Shown here: positions 16,555 to 21,809 of the stretch, one piece after another
Position numbering within the stretch: position 1 is the first letter of the stretch
Layout of the letters: every line of letters begins with the position of its first letter
Assembly (NCBI GenBank): GCA_041736175.1
Contig: JBGSUI010000054.1
Span: 1 to 21,809, forward strand
From: Oligoflexales bacterium
Lineage (GTDB): Bacteria; Bdellovibrionota_B; Oligoflexia; Oligoflexales; CAIYRB01
Direction: 5' to 3'
DNA: 21,809 nucleotides
Translations under genes and position numbers: made by a program
Notes under the pieces: model-generated
Seen by the model: only the letters and a program-made list of their open reading frames with translations
What the model was told of the DNA's origin: nothing
Database searches by the model: none

Positions 16555-17808
16555 ATGACTACTACAGCAAATAGGCCCACAAATAAAACTCAAACAGTTG
16601 TTGTCTCCGAATCTCTCAAACAAAAAGTAGACGACGAGATCACGCGCATTTTGCCAGAAGTCATAGCTTTTCGCCATGAGCGCCATAGTTTTCCCGAGCT
16701 GACTTGGCAAGAACACAAAACTTCCCAGGCAATTGAGCAAAAATTGCGAGATCGCTTGGACCTTAAGCCTCAAGTCGGCGTTGGTCGGCTAGGACTTGTC
16801 GCCGTAATCGAGGGTCACAATCCAGGGCCGACTGTTGCCTTGCGAGCTGATATGGACGCACTTCCGGTGACAGAGATGACAGGTTGTGCCTACGCCTCAA
16901 AAACCCAGGGAGTTATGCACGCTTGTGGCCATGATGGTCATATGGCAAATTTATTTGGTGCGGCTCTTGTTCTCAATGAACTCAAAGCTTACCTGCACGG
17001 TCGCGTCAAATTGATCTTTCAACCGGCCGAAGAGGGCGGTGGTGGTGCCGAAAAGATGTGTCAAGATGGTGCTTTGACAAAGCCCGATGTGGATGCCATT
17101 TTTGGTTTACATGGGTGGCCTGAATTGCCCCTTGGACAGATCTTTGTGCGCTCGGGTCCAATGCTCGCAGCAACTGCGGATTTCAAAATCGTTGTCTCCG
17201 GAGTCGGCTGCCATGCGGCAATGCCCCATCTTGGTACCGATCAGGTGCTGGTAGCTGCGCGAATTATCGAAGGGCTGCAGGCTATTCGCTCTCGGGTTGT
17301 GGCACCCACTGATGCGATGGTGCTTTCCGTCACTCAAATCCACGGAGGAACGGCGACAAATATCATTCCCAACACTGTCGAAATGTCCGGAACCTTGCGC
17401 ACTGTGGACGAATCTGTTCGCATTAAAATCGTTAACGCCATGGAGCGCATTGTGTCACACACAGCTGCCCAAATGGGTGCACAGGCTCATCTCGAAATGG
17501 ATACTAATTATCCGGCGACTCTTAATCACGAAAGAGAGACAGATTTTATCGAACAGATCGCTCAGGCAGTCCTTCCAGGAGGTGCAGTTAAGCGAATGCC
17601 ACAGCCTACAATGGGTGCCGAAGACTTTGCTGATTTTCTAAAACGTGTTCCAGGTTCCTATTTTTTCTTGGGAATGGATGACGGACGATCCGGAGGCTAC
17701 CCTTCCTTGCACCACCCAGCCTATGACTTTAATGATGCCGCTTTACCTGTGGGTATTAAAATCTTTGTCCATGCGGCGCTTGCCTATGGAAGTCAAGTTT
17801 CCTCGTAA
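16555..17808 (+). CDS. M20 (M20D/Acy1-like) amidohydrolase
   Basis: ALRADMDALP, MHACGHDGH, FQPAEE, MGAEDF, LHHPAYDFND. Confidence 0.96.
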   Translation: MTTTANRPTNKTQTVVVSESLKQKVDDEITRILPEVIAFRHERHSFPELTWQEHKTSQAIEQKLRDRLDLKPQVGVGRLGLVAVIEGHNPGPTVALRADMDALPVTEMTGCAYASKTQGVMHACGHDGHMANLFGAALVLNELKAYLHGRVKLIFQPAEEGGGGAEKMCQDGALTKPDVDAIFGLHGWPELPLGQIFVRSGPMLAATADFKIVVSGVGCHAAMPHLGTDQVLVAARIIEGLQAIRSRVVAPTDAMVLSVTQIHGGTATNIIPNTVEMSGTLRTVDESVRIKIVNAMERIVSHTAAQMGAQAHLEMDTNYPATLNHERETDFIEQIAQAVLPGGAVKRMPQPTMGAEDFADFLKRVPGSYFFLGMDDGRSGGYPSLHHPAYDFNDAALPVGIKIFVHAALAYGSQVSS

Positions 17809-17957
17809 TTATTGAGAAGCAATGATTGAATTAATAAGTAGTTTATTGAATCAATGGCGCTATGATAAGAATCGATTACCAAATAGGTCGCGTTGATTTG
17901 GCCTGGATTACCGCTACATGTAGTGGTCACGTCTGCTATTTTAGTGCCGTTGATTCG

Positions 17958-18689
17958 TCACCTATCGCTTTTGATTGGCAAACCCAGCTTTTTCACCTTT
18001 GCTACGAAAGCGCTTTTTTGCTCCGGATTAGCGACTGCCATCGCCGATTCATAGACCTTCAATCTAAAACTGCACTGTTTATCTCTCTTGAGCAGATCTA
18101 CTGCCTCGTTGGCAAATCCAGCGGCATTTTCAGTGCAAGCAATGGCTTTTAGATAAGCGGTTATACACTCATCTTCTTTTATTGGAATCATCCAACTGCC
18201 ACATTGATCGGCAAACACTATCTCATCACCACAGTCTATCATCTCAATCAATTCATACATCAATTCAAAAGCGGATACCGCTGTCGAATATTGACATTGG
18301 GCAACCAATTTGGTCGCGGCTCCGAAAAAATCACCTAGTCGATCAAACCATTCCTGAGTCTCTGGTGGAACGTCCATAAAGTTTTTAGAATTAATCTTAA
18401 ACGGGGCATAGTATTTGCCGCTTATCGACTCCTCGCGAAACTTTTCCAACTCTACTATGAGCGATTCGCCAGGAAAAGCTACCAACCTTAACTGATCTAG
18501 GATATCGCCAAAGATCGCTCTTCTTTGCTGGGGGGACATGATCTCATAGGCGGCATCAATAAAATGCAAAAGCTCCGAACTATCCTTTGATCGCAAGCTG
18601 CCAAACAATGCCTCTTTTTCTTCTGGATATTCACCGACAGGCTCTTTGGCCTTATGCTTACTGATATACCGCCCTTTTTCTGAAGCCAT
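17958..18689 (-). CDS. Hypothetical helical protein, possibly belonging to the adjacent transposon
   Basis: Long ORF with GKYYAPFKINSKNF and IVFADQCGSW motifs; start either 18689 (ATG) or 18701. Confidence 0.7.
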   Translation of the reverse strand: MASEKGRYISKHKAKEPVGEYPEEKEALFGSLRSKDSSELLHFIDAAYEIMSPQQRRAIFGDILDQLRLVAFPGESLIVELEKFREESISGKYYAPFKINSKNFMDVPPETQEWFDRLGDFFGAATKLVAQCQYSTAVSAFELMYELIEMIDCGDEIVFADQCGSWMIPIKEDECITAYLKAIACTENAAGFANEAVDLLKRDKQCSFRLKVYESAMAVANPEQKSAFVAKVKKLGLPIKSDR

Positions 18690-18894
18690 AAAAACCACCA
18701 AAAAAATTGATAATATTTGTTAAAATATGAAAGAAACTTCTGTAATTCTGCAGTCAGTCCCTTCACAACGAAGGAGCACCGAGGGAGGAGTCTCCCCACA
18801 AACAGCGTTGTAAGAGTCCAATTGTGAGTCACCACAATACGTGAGGGGAAACCCCCCCATTATTAACAAATTATCCTAGGGTTGAATAAAAAAG

Positions 18895-18928
18895 CCCCTA
18901 AACTATTGTGTTCACAAGAGTCTAGGGG
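18895..18928 (-). terminator. Hairpin with adjacent A-run (U-tract on the minus strand)
   Basis: cccctaaact-a-ttgtg-tt-cacaa-g-agtctagggg, preceded by aaaaaag. Confidence 0.45.
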
Positions 18929-18966
18929 GTACACGTCCTTTGTACATAAAAAGAAGGACGGAGACC

Positions 18967-19521
18967 ATGTTTCATAATCCATATACTGATACAAGTTTTT
19001 TTGAATTACTCCTGAAATATGATCAGGATACAGCCAAGAAAGTAAAGGCTAGAGGATGCCAGCAATGTGGCGGAGAGTTGGACCAAGCCCATTACCAACG
19101 TCAGCCAAGAGGTATTCCTGCTGAAATAACTGAAGAATTTAATGTTAGGTTTAGCTTTTGTTGTCGCCGAGAAGGGTGCCGAAAAAGGGAGATGCCGCCC
19201 TCCACCCGCTTTTTGGGTGCGCATGTCTACGTAACTTTGGCAATCGTTTTGGCGTCATCTTCTTCGGAAAAATTGAGAGCTTATGTTATTCAGCAGTTTA
19301 AAATTTCCAGAAATACGCTACAAAAGTGGCAAAAATTTTGGGCGACCCGTTTTAAAGATTCGCAGTTTTGGCGGGTCCGGCAAGGCAATGGGCAGCTTTG
19401 GCATACAGTCGGAGATCCTATTCCCGATCGCCTTTTAGGAGCCTTCATAAACCTTGGGGACGGTCAGGGCAGTCCAGGCTATTTTGAACTGCTGAAGTTT
19501 TGCTCCCCATTCTCTGAGTAG
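18967..19521 (+). CDS. Cys-rich (Zn-ribbon) plus HTH-like transposon-associated protein
   Basis: CQQCGG...FCCRREGCRKR; FKISRNTLQKWQKFW is HTH-like; GGAG before ATG 18967. Confidence 0.8.
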   Translation: MFHNPYTDTSFFELLLKYDQDTAKKVKARGCQQCGGELDQAHYQRQPRGIPAEITEEFNVRFSFCCRREGCRKREMPPSTRFLGAHVYVTLAIVLASSSSEKLRAYVIQQFKISRNTLQKWQKFWATRFKDSQFWRVRQGNGQLWHTVGDPIPDRLLGAFINLGDGQGSPGYFELLKFCSPFSE

Positions 19522-19553
19522 AGTCCATAAAACACCACAATGTTTTATGGGCT
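19522..19553. repeat. Inverted repeat between Zn-finger and transposase genes
   Basis: agtccataaaaca-ccacaa-tgttttatgggct, 12/13 match (a G-U pair in RNA). Confidence 0.55.
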
Positions 19554-19641
19554 TTAGAAATACGCAAAAGTCGCCCGCAGACTTCAAAAATCAGATCGAT
19601 TAGGAGACTAATTCTCATTGATTTGAAAAGGAGTCTGTCAC

Positions 19642-21075
19642 ATGAGTAAAAAATCACGGCTGGACCGAAGGCGTGAAATGGCAAGTTTCCGTCTAAACGC
19701 CATAGGCAATTTGCTTTCAGAAACCCTTGAACAGGGAGAGCTAAAGGCTGGGTTAGAAGCGCTTTCTAAAAAGTTATGGAATCATCCGAAGAAAGGGCCA
19801 GGGACTAAAATTGCCTTCAGTACATTGGAATCTTGGTATTATAACGCAAAAAAGGATCCGACAAACATTGCAGACACTTTAGCGGATCAAATCCGAGCTG
19901 ATTTGGGTGTTCATCGTGTTTTAAATCAAGGTTTAAAGGACGATGTCGGTAACCAGTACAAGGACTTTCCAGAATGGACCGTAAAACTTCATTTTGACAA
20001 CCTTAAAACCCTATGGACAACATCGGGAGTTCCGGAGATCCCTTCCTATATGACTGTGCTCAGATATTTTCGGAAGACTGGTTTAGAACGTAAAAGGAGT
20101 GTGAAAAGGTCGCATATTACTGATGGTCAGGCGGCAGCCATAGCCCGTCTTGAAAAAAAGGAGGTGCGAAGTTATGAGAAGCAAGCAGTCGGGAGTCTAT
20201 ATCATTTAGATTTTCACCATGGATCCCGTACGATTCAAACAGCCTCGGGAGAAAGAATAACACCCTATTGCCTGGTGATTCATGATGACTTCTCAAGGCT
20301 AGCATGTCATATCCAATGGTTTACTGCGGAAACAGCCCAATTCTTAATTCATGGCGTAATTCAGGCTATAGCTCGGAGGGGGCTGCCGTGGGCTATTATG
20401 ACGGATAATGGTGCAGCCATGAAGGCAGCGGAATTTCTTCAAGGTCTTGAGAGACTGGGGGTTGAGCATGATCCGACTTTGCCATATTCTCCGTATCAAA
20501 ACGCAAAAACCGAAAGATTTTGGGGTGTTTTAGAATCTCGTCTGATGCCTATGTTAAAAAATATCGAACTAACCCTAGAGTCGCTCAATGAAGCAACATT
20601 GGCTTGGGTTGAACAAGAATATAACAAGGAAATTAATAAAGAGATAAAATGCGCTCCCATCGAGCGGTTTCGCAAAGGCCCTCATCAACTCAGAGAATCA
20701 CCAAAGATTGAAAAATTAAAGTCCGCTTTCCGCCAAGACGTCGTGCGGCAACAAAGGAGAACTGATGGCACCGTTTCTATAGAAGGGCGTCGCTTCGAAG
20801 TGCCATCACATTACCGTACTTTTAGGAGTCTCAATATTCGTTATGCAAGGTGGGATTTTACCAACACCCATATAATTGATGATCGGAATCAAATTTTAGC
20901 CCGCATTTATCCAATAGATAAAGCTGCTAATGCCTCAGGAGAGCGTCGGCATCTTGCGCCCCAAAGCCAGGAGCCCATCATCGAACATCAAAGCACAACC
21001 ATTCCGCCATTACTCCAAAAATACCTCGAAGACTTTGCGGCTACGGGTCAACCAGCTCCATATTTACCTGAATAA
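19642..21075 (+). CDS. DDE transposase/integrase (rve core with Mu-transposase-like C-terminus)
   Basis: YHLDFHH, HDDFSR, MTDNGAAM and YQNAKTERFW (D-D-E triad); RRTDGTVSIEGRRFEVP; AAGGAG RBS. Confidence 0.95.
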   Translation: MSKKSRLDRRREMASFRLNAIGNLLSETLEQGELKAGLEALSKKLWNHPKKGPGTKIAFSTLESWYYNAKKDPTNIADTLADQIRADLGVHRVLNQGLKDDVGNQYKDFPEWTVKLHFDNLKTLWTTSGVPEIPSYMTVLRYFRKTGLERKRSVKRSHITDGQAAAIARLEKKEVRSYEKQAVGSLYHLDFHHGSRTIQTASGERITPYCLVIHDDFSRLACHIQWFTAETAQFLIHGVIQAIARRGLPWAIMTDNGAAMKAAEFLQGLERLGVEHDPTLPYSPYQNAKTERFWGVLESRLMPMLKNIELTLESLNEATLAWVEQEYNKEINKEIKCAPIERFRKGPHQLRESPKIEKLKSAFRQDVVRQQRRTDGTVSIEGRRFEVPSHYRTFRSLNIRYARWDFTNTHIIDDRNQILARIYPIDKAANASGERRHLAPQSQEPIIEHQSTTIPPLLQKYLEDFAATGQPAPYLPE

Positions 21076-21095
21076 CCTTAACATTATGAGCTATT

Positions 21096-21680
21096 ATGAA
21101 CACTACTAAACATCATCTCAAATTTATCGGACTCAAGTGGAATCCTTTTACCCAAGAGATCCCTTACGAAGGGATTGTCATTCCTGAAATTGTAAATAAA
21201 TATCTATGGAAAATAGAAAATCTAGTTATGGAAGGTGGATTTGCCCTAGTTTATGGCGATCCTGGTACTGGCAAATCGATTCTCCTTCGTACCATTGAGG
21301 AACATTTAAAATCACTACGCGAAGTTAAGGTCGGGATTTTAAGCAGGCCACAAAGCAGCCTATCTGATTTCTATCGGGAACTAGGGTCTATTTATGACAT
21401 TGGTTTTAAATCAAACAACAAATTTAGCGGGTACCGATCACTGCGAGAAAAATGGCATCTCCATATAGAGTCTACACTTTTTAGGCCGGTTCTTATTATC
21501 GATGAGGCCCAAGAAATGTTAGATGCGACCCTATCAGAGCTCCGTTTATTGTCCAGTACGAAATTAGATTCTCAGGTGGTGCTCAGTGTTATTCTTTGCG
21601 GCGATAAAAGGCTCCTCGATAAATTCCGCTCACCCTCACTTCTTCCCTTGGGTAGTCGTATTAAAATCCGAATGAACTAA
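21096..21680 (+). pseudogene. ExeA-like AAA+ transposition ATPase, C-terminally truncated
   Basis: Walker A GDPGTGKS and Walker B LIIDEAQ. It ends just after LGSRI with no helical lid; the last codons and stop come from the 16-bp motif. Confidence 0.8.
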
Positions 21681-21686
21681 GCGCGC
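21671..21686. repeat. 16-bp inverted repeat, right copy (aatgaactaagcgcgc); probable IS terminal repeat
   Basis: Exact reverse complement of 19..34; coincides with the ATPase truncation point. Confidence 0.75.
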
Positions 21687-21809
21687 TCGCGCGCAGTCCT
21701 ATCCCGAGCATCCGGGCAGATTGTAGCTTTCCTTCCGGCATAATCTCGGCACATTTTATTCAATTCCTAGACCTCTGAATCTCAGACTCCATTTAAATAT
21801 AGCTAATTT

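Larger units (their letters stand above)
18967..21670 (+). mobile_element. Truncated three-gene transposon module: Zn-finger protein, DDE transposase, AAA+ ATPase
   Basis: Co-oriented genes in an IS21/Mu/Tn552-like transposase-plus-ATPase arrangement. The left end was not identified; the right part is lost at the 16-bp motif. Confidence 0.8.

Noticed and set aside
694..20305. Many 60-115-aa ORFs nested in or antisense to the long genes
   Set aside because: They are shadow ORFs overlapping well-supported CDSs and have no independent signals.
21096..21680. Type II secretion ExeA/GspA function
   Set aside because: It lies directly after a DDE transposase with no secretion genes nearby, so a transposition helper ATPase fits better.

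Overview
Bacterial accessory-type region with two core metabolic genes (metK and an M20 amidohydrolase). From left to right: a ~200-nt tandem-repeat protein gene with a broken fifth unit; a 474-aa candidate nuclease with an EVE-like domain, divergent from a WYL (wHTH-WYL-WCX) regulator; an unannotated 47-aa ORF and a perfect 19-bp inverted repeat built from two operator-like palindromes; an apparent FliM-FliG domain fusion; TPR-like, DUF3293, histone-deacetylase-family, YbjN-like, J-domain, metallophosphoesterase and hypothetical genes; metK; the M20 amidohydrolase; and a Zn-finger + DDE transposase + ExeA-like ATPase module. The ATPase is cut off exactly at a 16-bp motif whose perfect inverted copy lies at the opposite end of the window. 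No rRNA, tRNA or CRISPR array was seen. All family assignments are from motifs read by eye, with no database searches.
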